From assembly GCA_026989175.1 (NCBI GenBank), contig JALSJT010000175.1:1-46397 (forward strand): a stretch of 46,397 bases of DNA. Direction: 5' to 3'. The notes beneath the pieces were generated by a model. It was not told the DNA's origin. It saw only the letters and a program-made list of their open reading frames with translations, and made no database searches. Within the stretch, counting starts at the first letter, position 1. Every line of letters starts with the position of its first letter. Below are positions 9,470 through 20,864 of the stretch, one piece after another. The translations under genes were made by a program, and so were the position numbers. Source of the stretch: Thiomicrorhabdus sp. (GTDB lineage Bacteria; Pseudomonadota; Gammaproteobacteria; Thiomicrospirales; Thiomicrospiraceae).

Positions 9470-10849
9470 TTAAGATCGTCGTCGCTTATAAATCGCTTGA
9501 CGATTTAATGCATCAAGATGCTTCATTTTAGCGGAAATTTTAATCTCTAGCCCACGTTCTACCGGTTGATAGTATGATTTTTCGGGCATGTCGTCGGGAA
9601 AGTAGCTCTCCCCTGCAGCAAAGGCCTCGGGTTCGTCGTGGGCGTAACGATACCCTTTGCCATAATCCAATTCGTCCATTAATTTTGTTGGCGCATTGCG
9701 TAAATGCAATGGCACTTCATAAGAGCCATGCTCTTTTACATCAGCCAAAACGGCTTTGTAAGCCATATAAACCGCATTCGATTTGGGTGCGACCGCTAAG
9801 TAACTGGCGGCGTGTGCCAGCGCTAGATCTCCTTCGGGCGACCCTAAACGTTCATAGGCTTCAGCGGCATTTACAGCAATTTGCAGGGCTTTTGGGTCAG
9901 CATTGCCAATCTCTTCACTGGCCATTCGAATGAGACGACGCGCTAAATAACGGGCATCTGCCCCACCATCAAGCATTCTCACCAGCCAATACAGTGCGGC
10001 ATTGGCATCGGAGCCTCGAATGGATTTATGCAACGCCGAAATTTGATCATAAAATGCTTCGCCGCCTTTATCAAATCGTCGAACACCACCCTGCACGACT
10101 TCTTGACAGGCTTGATAACTGAGTACCATTCGCTCGTGAGAAACCGATTCGTCAAGTTCCGCAAAATCGAAGGCTTGTTCTAAATAATTTAACAGACGAC
10201 GCGCATCACCATCGGCGGCGGAAATGAGCAGTGATTTTGCACGCGCTTCAATCACCAGTTCAATCGTTTGCGATTCATCACCAAAGGTCTCATTAGAGGG
10301 GGGGGGAGAAATTTTTTCCAACATTTTTCGCCCGTTCTCTAGCACTCGCTCTAGCTCTTCTTTCTCTAAAGGTCGCAATACATAGACTCTGGCACGAGAC
10401 AATAATGCGTTATTTAACTCAAACGAGGGGTTTTCGGTGGTCGCGCCAATAAAGATAAAGGTGCCGTCTTCCACATAGGGTAAAAAGGCATCTTGTTGCG
10501 ATTTATTAAAGCGGTGCACTTCATCGACAAACAGCAGCGTGCCCTGTTTAAATTGTGCCCGATGCAACTGCGCCTGTTCAACGGCGGCTCGCACCTCTTT
10601 TACCCCACCCAATACGGCGGACATGCTAATAAACTGTAACTCCGATTGGGCGGCGATCAGTCTTGCCAGCGTGGTTTTACCAACGCCCGGTGGCCCCCAA
10701 AAAATCATGGAGTGTAGCGAACCTGATTCTAACATGCGAGAGAGCGCACGCTTTGCCCCTAAAAGATGACTTTGCCCCACGTAACCGTCTAGGCTATTGG
10801 GTCTTAAGCGATCTGATAAAGGGCGATAAGCTGACATTGAAACGGACAT
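9470..10849 (-). CDS. rarA: Replication-associated recombination AAA+ ATPase RarA/MgsA
   Basis: WGPPGVGKTT, DEVHRFNKSQQD, GATTENPSF, ISALHKSIRGSD; ftsK-lolA-rarA-crcB-serS synteny. Confidence 0.96.
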   Translation of the reverse strand: MSVSMSAYRPLSDRLRPNSLDGYVGQSHLLGAKRALSRMLESGSLHSMIFWGPPGVGKTTLARLIAAQSELQFISMSAVLGGVKEVRAAVEQAQLHRAQFKQGTLLFVDEVHRFNKSQQDAFLPYVEDGTFIFIGATTENPSFELNNALLSRARVYVLRPLEKEELERVLENGRKMLEKISPPPSNETFGDESQTIELVIEARAKSLLISAADGDARRLLNYLEQAFDFAELDESVSHERMVLSYQACQEVVQGGVRRFDKGGEAFYDQISALHKSIRGSDANAALYWLVRMLDGGADARYLARRLIRMASEEIGNADPKALQIAVNAAEAYERLGSPEGDLALAHAASYLAVAPKSNAVYMAYKAVLADVKEHGSYEVPLHLRNAPTKLMDELDYGKGYRYAHDEPEAFAAGESYFPDDMPEKSYYQPVERGLEIKISAKMKHLDALNRQAIYKRRRS

Positions 10850-11473
10850 TTAAAGCGCTTCACCCACTAAATCAACGCCTTCTGGTACGTTAAATTGAAA
10901 GTTTTTCAGCGGAATCACGTGATTTGATTCAATATTATAAAACCGTACTTTGGTAATATTGTCGGCACTTTGATACATCCAAACCTCGGCCATTTCACCG
11001 TCTTTCATCCCCACTTCAATACTTTGAAAATAGGTCGATTTTTTAGGCGTTAAGTTATACCAATCCATGCCATTACGGTGCCCTGCGTCTAAAATTTTGA
11101 ACTTATCTTCAATGTTTTCATCGTACAAAATCCAGCTGAGTGGAATATCGCCTTTAATGTCTTCAATAGGACGCACGGTGACTTGGTCTAAGTCTTCATC
11201 AAACACCCATAAATTAACGCCATCAATCACAATTTTTTGGGGCGTTGGGGTATCGTATATCCAGACCAACTGACCGGGTCGGTTGAGCTGAAAACGGCCT
11301 TGTGCTTTATTTAAGGAAAAAACACTCTCATCGGGTTGAATTTGTTCAAAGTCGGCACTGAAGGTTTTTAAATTATTCACGTACGCTTGTAAAGAAGCTT
11401 GCGCACTCGCCCAGCTTCCGACGCTTAACAACCCTAAAAGCGCCACCGTTTTAATACTTTTACTGAATCTCAT
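10850..11473 (-). CDS. lolA: Outer-membrane lipoprotein chaperone LolA
   Basis: Signal peptide, ADFEQ, RPG..W, DLDQVT; synteny. Confidence 0.92.
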   Translation of the reverse strand: MRFSKSIKTVALLGLLSVGSWASAQASLQAYVNNLKTFSADFEQIQPDESVFSLNKAQGRFQLNRPGQLVWIYDTPTPQKIVIDGVNLWVFDEDLDQVTVRPIEDIKGDIPLSWILYDENIEDKFKILDAGHRNGMDWYNLTPKKSTYFQSIEVGMKDGEMAEVWMYQSADNITKVRFYNIESNHVIPLKNFQFNVPEGVDLVGEAL

Positions 11474-11480
11474 TTGCTAC

Positions 11481-13979
11481 TTATTCCTGTGGTTTTGGGG
11501 CTAATACTTCTCGGTTACCATTTGGCCCGGAGGTTGAAATCACCCCCGCCGACTCCATCGCTTCAACAATACGTGCGGCGCGATTATAGCCAATTCGAAA
11601 CTGTCGTTGCACCGAGGAGATCGACACGCGTCGTCCTTCAGTCACAAATGCGACCGCCGCATCGTATAGATCATCTTGCTCTGCATCGATTGAAGCCCCT
11701 TCTCCCCCCTCTTGATTGCTCACCCCTTGAGTAATCGCCTCTAGGTAGCGCGGCTCTCCCTGACTTCGCACAAAATTGGCTACGCGGTGCACCTCTTCAT
11801 CGCTTACAAATGCCCCGTGTACTCGCTTAGGATTACCAGATCCAGGGGGTAAAAAAAGCATGTCGCCCATCCCCAGCAGTTGCTCTGCGCCACCTTGGTC
11901 TAAAATGGTTCGAGAGTCAATCTTAGTGCTAACCATAAACGATATTCGAGTAGGTATGTTCGCTTTAATTAACCCCGTAATAACATTCACGGACGGTCTT
12001 TGGGTGGCTAAAATCAGATGAATCCCTGCGGCACGTGCCTTTTGAGCAATACGTGCAATCAGTTGTTCCACCTCTTTACCAACCACCATAATCATATCGG
12101 CAAACTCATCCACCACCACGACAATACAGGGTAAAGTTTCGAGTGTCGGTGGTTTTTCACCCAGTTCATGCCCGTAGTTAGCGACTTGTTGATACAGTGG
12201 GTCAATTAAGGGTTTGCCTTCGTCAATCGCTTTTTGCACTTTTTCGTTAAAGCCTGCGATGTTTCTTACGCCTAATTTTGCCATCAATTGATAGCGGCGA
12301 TCCATCTCAAAGACACACCAGCGCAGCGCATTGGCCGCTTCACTCATATCTGTAACCACTGGAGTCAACAGGTGTGGAATATCGTCGTACACCGACAGTT
12401 CCAGCATTTTTGGATCGACCATAATCAAGCGTACTTGCTCAGGGGTACTTTTATACAGCAGACTTAAAATCATGCTGTTGACCCCTACGGACTTACCTGA
12501 CCCAGTCGTACCCGCCACCAGCAGGTGCGGCATTTTGGCAATGTCAGCAATCACAGGATTACCTGCGATGTCTTTTCCTAAGCCAATCGTCAAAGGCGAC
12601 TTGGCCTCTTGAAACTGTGCTGAAGAGAGGACCTCTCTAAAGCTCACAATTTCACGCTGCTCATTTGGAATTTCAATCCCAACCACCGCTTTACCGGGAA
12701 TGACATCCACCACTCGAACCGACTGAACTGAAAGTACGCGTGCCAAATCTTTCGCTAGGTTATTAATTTGACTAACTTTCACACCTGCGGCAGGCAAAAT
12801 TTCAAAGCGCGTGACCACCGGTCCCGGCTGTACCGATTCAACCTGAACCGTCACACCAAACTCCAGTAACCTTTGCTCTAACAGACTGGATAACGCAGCC
12901 AGCTCTTCAGTTGAAAAACCATCCTCATATTCGGGTGCTTCATCCAATAACGATAAGCTCGGTAGATCTCCCGATTGAACCGTTGGTAAAACGGTACGTG
13001 TCTGTTGCTTCTGCCCAATTTTCACATCCGATACTACGGGGGGATTAACAGGTTTTTCAGGTGCTAACGCCTCTTCATTTTGGGCATTCATTGCGCTGTT
13101 TACTTTAGATGCACTGCCGGTTTTTTTAGTCAGTTTTTCAGTAATAATCTTTTTTAAGGTATTGGAGGTCGTGCCCTCTTCTGTTTTTTTAGGCACTTTT
13201 TTAGTCGTCTCTAATAAACTTTGAATTTCAGAAGCTGCACTGGATTTTTCAGGTGTTTTTTTCAAGACCTCTTTGCTCGATTTTTTATCTTTAAACTCCG
13301 TGGCAACCTCCTGTACATGACCATAGAACCATTGCCCGAATTTCCAAGCATATTTTCCGGTCCACTCCGAAATTGTTAGCCACGAACAGCTGGTTAACAT
13401 GCTAAACGCAACGGCAAACAACACCAGCAATACCAGTGTTGTTCCGAGTAGATCGATGCTAGAGACCAACCAGTTACTAAATTCGTACCCCCAGACACCT
13501 CCTGCAGAGTAAGGTAGCTGAATTAACGACATTTGAGGCTCTACATACAGATTTGCCAAGCCAGAACCCGCGGTAATTAACATCACCAACCCGAATAAAC
13601 TTAGCACAAAACGAATATAGTCCATCTCATTGCCAGTGCGAATTTTAAGCGTAACCCAGCCTGCGAATAAGATACCAAATGGAATTAAAAACCCAAAAAC
13701 ACCAAACAGGTACAGTACCATCGAAGCAAGCCATGCACCGGTTTTGCCGCCATAGTTAGAAATGGCCTGCACGCTCCCCACCGAATCGAAGCCCGGATCT
13801 TGAGGGTTATAACTGAATAAAACAATAAACAAGAAAAACGCCAATCCGATGCAACTTAACACAACACCATCTTTTAATAGCCACGAAAACTGTGTAGTGA
13901 TACGTTCTGGTGTGTTTTTGGAATCGGACTTACTGTCTTGCGAAGGCTTTACTTTGGGCTTGGCTGGTTTAAACGTCAT
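11481..13979 (-). CDS. ftsK: DNA translocase FtsK
   Basis: N-terminal TM helices, [27 protein letters not shown], gamma domain RIGYNRAAR. Confidence 0.97.
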   Translation of the reverse strand: MTFKPAKPKVKPSQDSKSDSKNTPERITTQFSWLLKDGVVLSCIGLAFFLFIVLFSYNPQDPGFDSVGSVQAISNYGGKTGAWLASMVLYLFGVFGFLIPFGILFAGWVTLKIRTGNEMDYIRFVLSLFGLVMLITAGSGLANLYVEPQMSLIQLPYSAGGVWGYEFSNWLVSSIDLLGTTLVLLVLFAVAFSMLTSCSWLTISEWTGKYAWKFGQWFYGHVQEVATEFKDKKSSKEVLKKTPEKSSAASEIQSLLETTKKVPKKTEEGTTSNTLKKIITEKLTKKTGSASKVNSAMNAQNEEALAPEKPVNPPVVSDVKIGQKQQTRTVLPTVQSGDLPSLSLLDEAPEYEDGFSTEELAALSSLLEQRLLEFGVTVQVESVQPGPVVTRFEILPAAGVKVSQINNLAKDLARVLSVQSVRVVDVIPGKAVVGIEIPNEQREIVSFREVLSSAQFQEAKSPLTIGLGKDIAGNPVIADIAKMPHLLVAGTTGSGKSVGVNSMILSLLYKSTPEQVRLIMVDPKMLELSVYDDIPHLLTPVVTDMSEAANALRWCVFEMDRRYQLMAKLGVRNIAGFNEKVQKAIDEGKPLIDPLYQQVANYGHELGEKPPTLETLPCIVVVVDEFADMIMVVGKEVEQLIARIAQKARAAGIHLILATQRPSVNVITGLIKANIPTRISFMVSTKIDSRTILDQGGAEQLLGMGDMLFLPPGSGNPKRVHGAFVSDEEVHRVANFVRSQGEPRYLEAITQGVSNQEGGEGASIDAEQDDLYDAAVAFVTEGRRVSISSVQRQFRIGYNRAARIVEAMESAGVISTSGPNGNREVLAPKPQE

Positions 13980-14007
13980 GAACTCTTCTAAAAATAGTCA
14001 ATACACA

Positions 14008-14212
14008 GAGACCTTTGCACGAAAGGATGCACGGGGATAAAAAAGGCTGAAATATGTCTGATTTTTGTTGCAAACCTTGCGAATACCTAGGTACAAGGTG
14101 AATTGAGCTTCGCTCAAGAGAGAGTAGCCTGTGCTATTCCCCTGCGATTTCCGCCTCAATCAGCCAAATTTCATCTCTTTTTTCTCGCGCGTCCCGCTCG
14201 TGCAAAGGTCTC
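14008..14212 (+). mobile_element. MITE family 1, copy B (205 bp, diverged, central insert)
   Basis: GAGACCTTTGCACGA ... TCGTGCAAAGGTCTC; flanks ACACA/ACTCG match only 3/5. Confidence 0.9.
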
Positions 14213-14369
14213 ACTCGAAATTTAGTCTCAATATTGTTTAGAGACGCTCTTAAAAACTGCTAAAATTTTATCACATAACCCTATGAGGCTGTCTGAGAAT
14301 GATGAATCTACTATGAAAACTTCATTATGACTGCGATTCATGCCCTTAGGCAGAAAATTAAAAGATAAA

Positions 14370-15496
<1,127 letters not shown>

Positions 15497-15526
15497 CGAC
15501 CTAAAATAACCTAAAATAAAAAGTAC

Positions 15527-15556
15527 AAAAAGCACTCAACTTTGGGTGCTTTTTTT
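15527..15556 (+). terminator. Intrinsic terminator after trxB
   Basis: AAAAAGCACTCAA-ct-TTGGGTGCTTTTTTT. Confidence 0.75.
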
Positions 15557-15626
15557 ATTAAATTTTATTTTACAAATTAAGCAAAAACACTTATATTAGT
15601 GGCGAAATTAACTTGGAAGAAAACTT

Positions 15627-16322
15627 ATGAAAAAAATCTTACTCATCTCCCTTGGCCTCGCGTTAGCGCCTTCAGCCTTTGCAGACAAATACAATTTAGA
15701 GACGACAGAACAACGCGCCAGCTATACACTGGGCGCGGACATTGCCAAAAACTTTCGCGATCAAGGTCTGGAAATCGATGTAAACGCCTTCTCGCTTGGT
15801 CTAGAGGATGCTTTAAAAAATCGTAAGCTTAAGCTCAACGAAGAAGAGATGATGGCCGCCATTAACGCCGTCAAACAAAAAATGCAGAAACAACAGCTTG
15901 AAAAACAACAGTCTATTGCGCGTAAAAACCGTGATGAAGGAAAAGCTTTCTTAGCAGAAAATGCAAAAAAAGAGGGGGTCATCACTTTAGACAGTGGCGT
16001 CCAATATAAAGTATTAACAGAAGGAAAAGGCAACTCTCCAACTCCTGAAGATACCATTTCAGCACACTATCGTGGTACCTTATTGGATGGCACAGAGTTT
16101 GATAGCTCTTTTAAGCGTGGAACCCCGTTAACCTTACAAATGGGCAGTGTAATTAAAGGCTGGGGCGAAGTCTTAAAGCGCATGAAGCCTGGCTCTAAAT
16201 GGGAAGTCTACATTCCTTCAGACATGGCATATGGAGAAAAAGGTGCGGGCGATGCGATTGGGCCAAATCAAACACTGATTTTCACTATCGAACTCATTGA
16301 CTTTGAATCCCCTGAAAAATAA
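15627..16322 (+). CDS. fkpA: Periplasmic FKBP-type peptidyl-prolyl isomerase (FkpA/Mip family)
   Basis: Signal peptide, SYTLG dimerisation domain, HYRGTLLDGTEFDSS, VIKGW, AYG. Confidence 0.88.
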   Translation: MKKILLISLGLALAPSAFADKYNLETTEQRASYTLGADIAKNFRDQGLEIDVNAFSLGLEDALKNRKLKLNEEEMMAAINAVKQKMQKQQLEKQQSIARKNRDEGKAFLAENAKKEGVITLDSGVQYKVLTEGKGNSPTPEDTISAHYRGTLLDGTEFDSSFKRGTPLTLQMGSVIKGWGEVLKRMKPGSKWEVYIPSDMAYGEKGAGDAIGPNQTLIFTIELIDFESPEK

Positions 16323-16332
16323 TTCACTATTT

Positions 16333-16363
16333 AGCCCCCTCTCTTGATTTAAAAGAGGGGGCT
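16333..16363. terminator. GC-rich hairpin between convergent genes
   Basis: AGCCCCCTCT ... AGAGGGGGCT. Confidence 0.6.
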
Positions 16364-16387
16364 TCCCTCCCCACCTAAATCTCTTTA

Positions 16388-16699
16388 TCAAAAGGTTAAT
16401 GTTTTAACTACATCATAAGCAGGGGTTTCATAAGGGTGGGCTGTTAACAACGCTTGAATCACCTCTCTAATATGCTCGTCATCACAGACCATTTCAACAC
16501 GATACTCCTCAAGAACTTCTAAGCTGTCCTGCTCTCCTAAAAAAGGGGTACTTCCTTCTAACGCTCTAAACTGCCCCTGCCCTTTTACTTGCCATGCACA
16601 ACAATCATACTGCCCAATTTTTCCGGCACCTGCCATAAACAGAGCTAACTTCACGCTTTCTAAATGCGACTCTGGAACAAAAAAACTTATTTTATACAT
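16388..16699 (-). CDS. YqfO/NIF3-associated PII-like domain protein
   Basis: GAGKIGQYDCC, GQGQFR, HPYETPAY. Confidence 0.85.
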   Translation of the reverse strand: MYKISFFVPESHLESVKLALFMAGAGKIGQYDCCAWQVKGQGQFRALEGSTPFLGEQDSLEVLEEYRVEMVCDDEHIREVIQALLTAHPYETPAYDVVKTLTF

Positions 16700-16798
16700 G
16701 CTTTCTTCCCTTTTTTTTCAAAAAAAATATGTAACGGTGGTTTTATTCAATACAATAGGCAACATCATTTTTAATCTTTTAAGAGGAAAACACCTATT

Positions 16799-17062
16799 AT
16801 GCGCACCCTACTGATTACCTATACCGTTATATTAACGCTTGGAATTAGCGCGATGTTATCTGGTATCCACCATCTTGCAAATGTTGCTGGTTTTATTGGT
16901 GCCATTGCGTTTCTACTCATCTTTTTCAAAGACCGTAAAGATGAAGAGACAGAAGCGGACATTAAACAACGCCGTTATTGGTATGTCGTCTGTGGCACAG
17001 GAATCTTCTTTAGCTTAATTTTTGGTAGCTTTTGGAATGACCATATGGGAAATATGATTTAA
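16799..17062 (+). CDS. Hypothetical small membrane protein (3 TM)
   Basis: 87-aa ORF with GAGG SD and three hydrophobic segments. Confidence 0.7.
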   Translation: MRTLLITYTVILTLGISAMLSGIHHLANVAGFIGAIAFLLIFFKDRKDEETEADIKQRRYWYVVCGTGIFFSLIFGSFWNDHMGNMI

Positions 17063-17065
17063 CCT

Positions 17066-17225
17066 GAGACCTTTGCACGAAAGGATGCACGGATAAAAAA
17101 GTCTGAAATACGCCTGATTTTTGTTGAAAACCTTGCGAATAGCCTAGGTATTCCCTACGATTTCCGCCTCAATCAGTCAAATTTCATCTCTTTTTTCTCT
17201 CGCGCCCCTCTCGTGCAAAGGTCTC
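17066..17225 (+). mobile_element. MITE family 1, copy D (160 bp, canonical form)
   Basis: Perfect 15-bp TIRs GAGACCTTTGCACGA / TCGTGCAAAGGTCTC; AACCT 5-bp TSD. Confidence 0.95.
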
Positions 17226-17236
17226 AACCTAAATAT

Positions 17237-17276
17237 AAAAAAAAGCCCTGTTTAAAAAAACAGGGCTTTTATTTTT
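17237..17276. terminator. Bidirectional intrinsic terminator
   Basis: A run-GCCCTGTTT ... AAACAGGGC-T run. Confidence 0.75.
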
Positions 17277-17303
17277 ACTCTATAATGTACCTATTAACAT
17301 TAC

Positions 17304-18560
17304 TTAGAACAACTCAACTTCTCCCTCGTCCATTGAGTCTAAGCTTACACGCTTCATTCTAGAGTCTTCAATTTCTTGACGCTTTTGATGGATTTTCTGA
17401 CGGAAAATCTCTACTCGTTGTTTATACTCCTCTTCATCCACGGTCGGATTTAAGCGGTTCTCCTCTAAGAAAGCATTAATTTCACTTGAAAACTGATTTA
17501 AATTTTCTAAGTGACTCCCCACCTGATCCACCAATTGACGCACAATGTCTTCAAATTGCAACGAACGCATGGCATCTGAAACACTGCTTTCAATCCCTGA
17601 AATCATCCCAGAGAAGTTACCGAGCTTACTCGAAATTCCTTCATTCATCTCATCAAGCTCAGCCAGCATAACATTCATTTTTTCTTGTGACGAGTTGGCA
17701 TGCTCCATGTCTTTTGAAGCGGTCTCACTCACAATATTCCGAACTTGGTTTACCATGGATTTAGCGGCTTCCGCTTGTTTGCGAATTTGCTCATTCAACA
17801 CATTCGAATTAATCGATAACTTACGAACTTCATCCGCAACAACGGCAAAACCTCGTCCCGCTTCCCCCGCTCTTGCCGCTTCAATTGCCGCATTCAAGGC
17901 TAATAAATTTGTTTGGTCAGCAATCCCTTTCACATCCTCTAACAAGTGAAAAATGGACTCAATTTGACCCACCATTTCATCAATTTTGGCTACGGTTTGA
18001 TTACTTCGTTGACTGGTTTCAATTAATAAATTAATTAAATACTGCAAAACCACCTTAATTTCCGATGAAAATTGCTTAATACTCATTTCACCGCTTGTAC
18101 CGCCTTCGCCCCCTAAGTTATCAAGCAGTGCCACCACCAGTTCATACTGCTCTCGCGTTTGCTCATGCAATCCTGAAAAGCTGCCATTTAATGTTTCAAT
18201 CGATTCTGAAATCAACTCTTTTATTTGAACAAGCTCCTCGCTAACCACTCCAACCTCATTCCCGATAACCGAGTCGACATCACTCATAATCAATTGTAAA
18301 GATTCATCGGCGACGGTCACCCTCACCACTGGCTCTGCGGCCTGTGACGTCGTTTCAGGCGAAGCTACAACGACACTATTTGTTGCAACGCCAGCCTTGA
18401 CCGAACTGGCAACTTTTGCCACCAAAAATGCCCATACGAGAGAGACCAATAACACCATGACAAATCCTAAAATAGGAATGTTCAACAGAGTTACTCCTCC
18501 ACCTATTAGGGTGGCAAGCCAAGCTGGCCAATATGCAGTTAAAATGTGTGGCATGTTCAT
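17304..18560 (-). CDS. Methyl-accepting chemotaxis protein with C-terminal pentapeptide
   Basis: [36 protein letters not shown]; two adjacent N-terminal TM helices; ends EVELF. Confidence 0.95.
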   Translation of the reverse strand: MNMPHILTAYWPAWLATLIGGGVTLLNIPILGFVMVLLVSLVWAFLVAKVASSVKAGVATNSVVVASPETTSQAAEPVVRVTVADESLQLIMSDVDSVIGNEVGVVSEELVQIKELISESIETLNGSFSGLHEQTREQYELVVALLDNLGGEGGTSGEMSIKQFSSEIKVVLQYLINLLIETSQRSNQTVAKIDEMVGQIESIFHLLEDVKGIADQTNLLALNAAIEAARAGEAGRGFAVVADEVRKLSINSNVLNEQIRKQAEAAKSMVNQVRNIVSETASKDMEHANSSQEKMNVMLAELDEMNEGISSKLGNFSGMISGIESSVSDAMRSLQFEDIVRQLVDQVGSHLENLNQFSSEINAFLEENRLNPTVDEEEYKQRVEIFRQKIHQKRQEIEDSRMKRVSLDSMDEGEVELF

Positions 18561-18822
18561 TTCCTTAATTTAAGCTCAAAAAGCGCACTAACGCATTTTT
18601 AAATTCCATTAACCCCAAAGCAGGTTTAATGCCAAACAACAACTGTATGCCCCCGTATTTTTGGCTGAATACAACAATAGAGGGGGGGTACGAGATTGAT
18701 CGCACAATAAAATAAATAAGGGGTATTGGGCTCTTCGACCGTAGGGCTAAGAAGGTATTTCAGCGTTCACTCTGTGAAATACGCTCCTTCTTCCCTTACC
18801 TATCTGCTGACAGGTGGGTTAG

Positions 18823-19908
18823 TTACACCAGTTCTAAAATCTTCTGCGGAATATCATTTAAGGATAATACATAATCTGCTGCACCAAGTTTAACTGCTTC
18901 ACCTGGCATACCCCACACTACACTTGAATTTTCATCCTGCGCAATGGTTGGTGCTTTTTTCGCCTGCATCTCTTTCATCCCCACTGCGCCATCAGCACCC
19001 ATTCCCGTTAGTAAAACACAAATGGAATTGGAGCCGACACTCTCAGTCACAGAACGAAACATTACATCGACAGCAGGTTTATGGCGGTTAACGGGCGGGC
19101 CATCATTTAAACGGCAAACATATCCTCCTCCCTCTTTAACCACCATTAAGTGCTTATCACCAGGGGCAATGTATACATTACCCGAGAGAATCGGCTGTCC
19201 ATCTTTGGCATGATAGACCGTCATCTCTGATACGGTGTTCATGCGCTTAGCAAAAGGTAAGCTAAATGTTGCTGGAATATGCTGGGTAATCACAATCGCA
19301 GGCGTACTGGCTGGCAATCTCATTAACACCTCTTTAATTGCTTCGGTTCCGCCTGTAGACGCTCCCAGTGCAATAATTTTATTGGATGATTTCACTGCAC
19401 TACGATTAATTCCAGCGGTGCTGGCTGGCGTTACTTTTGCGAGCACCGGAGGTGCGTTTAGGTTTGCGACATACCGATTGTATTGACGCTCTAAGCTCAC
19501 TTTACTGACCTTAGCCGCGGTCTTAATTTTACGACAAATCTCTTGAGTATAGGCTTCAAAGGTATTCACGAGGTTAATTTTAGGTTTGGTTACAAAATCA
19601 ACCGCACCTAAATCCATCGCCTCAAAAGTCACATCGGCACCCTTTTCCGTTAAGGTGGAGACCATCACAACGGGCATTGGATGCAGTCGCATTAAATTTT
19701 TTAAAAAGGTAACGCCATCCATTTTAGGCATTTCAACATCTAACGTGAGGACATCTGGGTGTAAGGCTTTAATTTTCTCTCGCGCATCAAATGGATCAAA
19801 CGCAGAACCAACCACCTCTATTTCAGGGTCCGCTGAAAGCATCTCTTCTAACATCTGCCTGACTAAAACAGAATCGTCTACAATTAAAACTCTAATCGGT
19901 TTTTTCAC
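18823..19908 (-). CDS. cheB: Chemotaxis methylesterase response regulator CheB
   Basis: Receiver domain plus GASTGG, QHIP, LTGMGADG. Confidence 0.96.
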   Translation of the reverse strand: MKKPIRVLIVDDSVLVRQMLEEMLSADPEIEVVGSAFDPFDAREKIKALHPDVLTLDVEMPKMDGVTFLKNLMRLHPMPVVMVSTLTEKGADVTFEAMDLGAVDFVTKPKINLVNTFEAYTQEICRKIKTAAKVSKVSLERQYNRYVANLNAPPVLAKVTPASTAGINRSAVKSSNKIIALGASTGGTEAIKEVLMRLPASTPAIVITQHIPATFSLPFAKRMNTVSEMTVYHAKDGQPILSGNVYIAPGDKHLMVVKEGGGYVCRLNDGPPVNRHKPAVDVMFRSVTESVGSNSICVLLTGMGADGAVGMKEMQAKKAPTIAQDENSSVVWGMPGEAVKLGAADYVLSLNDIPQKILELV

Positions 19909-19963
19909 AATTTTTTCCTTAAAACTAAATGATATCTACGATATCTACAAGAAACGAAAGCCA

Positions 19964-20791
19964 CTACTTTATTTTCTTGTAAATGGTTTGACCCAATAAT
20001 TCAAAGCGATCACACACTTTATACAGTGATTCTGAGTGCCCGACCATCAGGTGCCCCCCTAAAGGAAGCTGTTCAGCGTAACGATTAAACAGTTTACTCT
20101 GTGTTGGTTTATCAAAATAAATCACCACATTTCGGCAAAAAATAACATCAAAAGACGCTTTAAAAGGCCAAGCATCCATTAAATTAAGCTGTCCAAATTC
20201 AATCACTTTCTGTAGCTCTTCTTTGGTTTTAACAAACCCCGCCTTAGAGCCTTCTCCCTTCATAAACCAACGACTCTTTCGTTCCTCTGAAATACCTTTT
20301 AGTCGATCTACTTTATAGACCCCCATTTTCCCAGTATTAACAACATTCGAATCCAAATCCGTTGCAATCACCTTGGCATCCCAGCCTGCCGGCACGCTCT
20401 CTTTTAAAACAATGGCAATGGAGTATGGCTCTTCGCCAGTAGAACACCCTGCTGACCAAATTCGAATTTTCTTTGTTGCCGCATTCTTTTTTAACAATTC
20501 TGGAATAACGGTCTCGCGAAGATATTCAAAGTGGTGGTTTTCCCGAAAGAAGAAGGTTAAATTTGTGGTAATCGAGTTAATCAAGTGAATAAATTCAGAC
20601 TCCCCCTGCTGTTCAACATAATCTAAATACTCATGAAAAGCGGAAAGCCCTAAAAACCGAATGCGCTTGGCTAGTCGGTTGTACACTAAATTATTTTTAG
20701 AGTCATTTAAGTCAATGCCAGCAAAATCATAGGCAATTTTTTGAACGCGCTTAAAGTCCTTATCCGTAAAGTCAAACTCTCTTTCACTCAT
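19964..20791 (-). CDS. cheR: Chemotaxis methyltransferase CheR (start probably MSEREF)
   Basis: TTNLTFFFRE, WSAGCSTGEEPYS, FCRNVVIYFD, GHSE. Confidence 0.95.
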   Translation of the reverse strand: MSEREFDFTDKDFKRVQKIAYDFAGIDLNDSKNNLVYNRLAKRIRFLGLSAFHEYLDYVEQQGESEFIHLINSITTNLTFFFRENHHFEYLRETVIPELLKKNAATKKIRIWSAGCSTGEEPYSIAIVLKESVPAGWDAKVIATDLDSNVVNTGKMGVYKVDRLKGISEERKSRWFMKGEGSKAGFVKTKEELQKVIEFGQLNLMDAWPFKASFDVIFCRNVVIYFDKPTQSKLFNRYAEQLPLGGHLMVGHSESLYKVCDRFELLGQTIYKKIK

Positions 20792-20864
20792 TTTTAGGAA
20801 GCCTTTCGCTAATCTGTCATAATGGCATTTAATATAATCGTAATTGAGCAAGATGCAAATAAAA

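Noticed and set aside
13849-14040. 63-aa ORF ending in MITE-derived ETFARKDARG
   Set aside because: Mostly antisense to the ftsK 5' end; incidental read-through into copy B
15499-15519. Short tandem duplication ACCTAAAATA x2 (also GATATCTAC x2 near 19931)
   Set aside because: Two-unit duplications, consistent with ordinary slippage
20792-20864. Apparent overlap of the cheR and FliK-like ORF starts
   Set aside because: Artefact of longest-ORF calling; downstream ATGs give a normal divergent spacer
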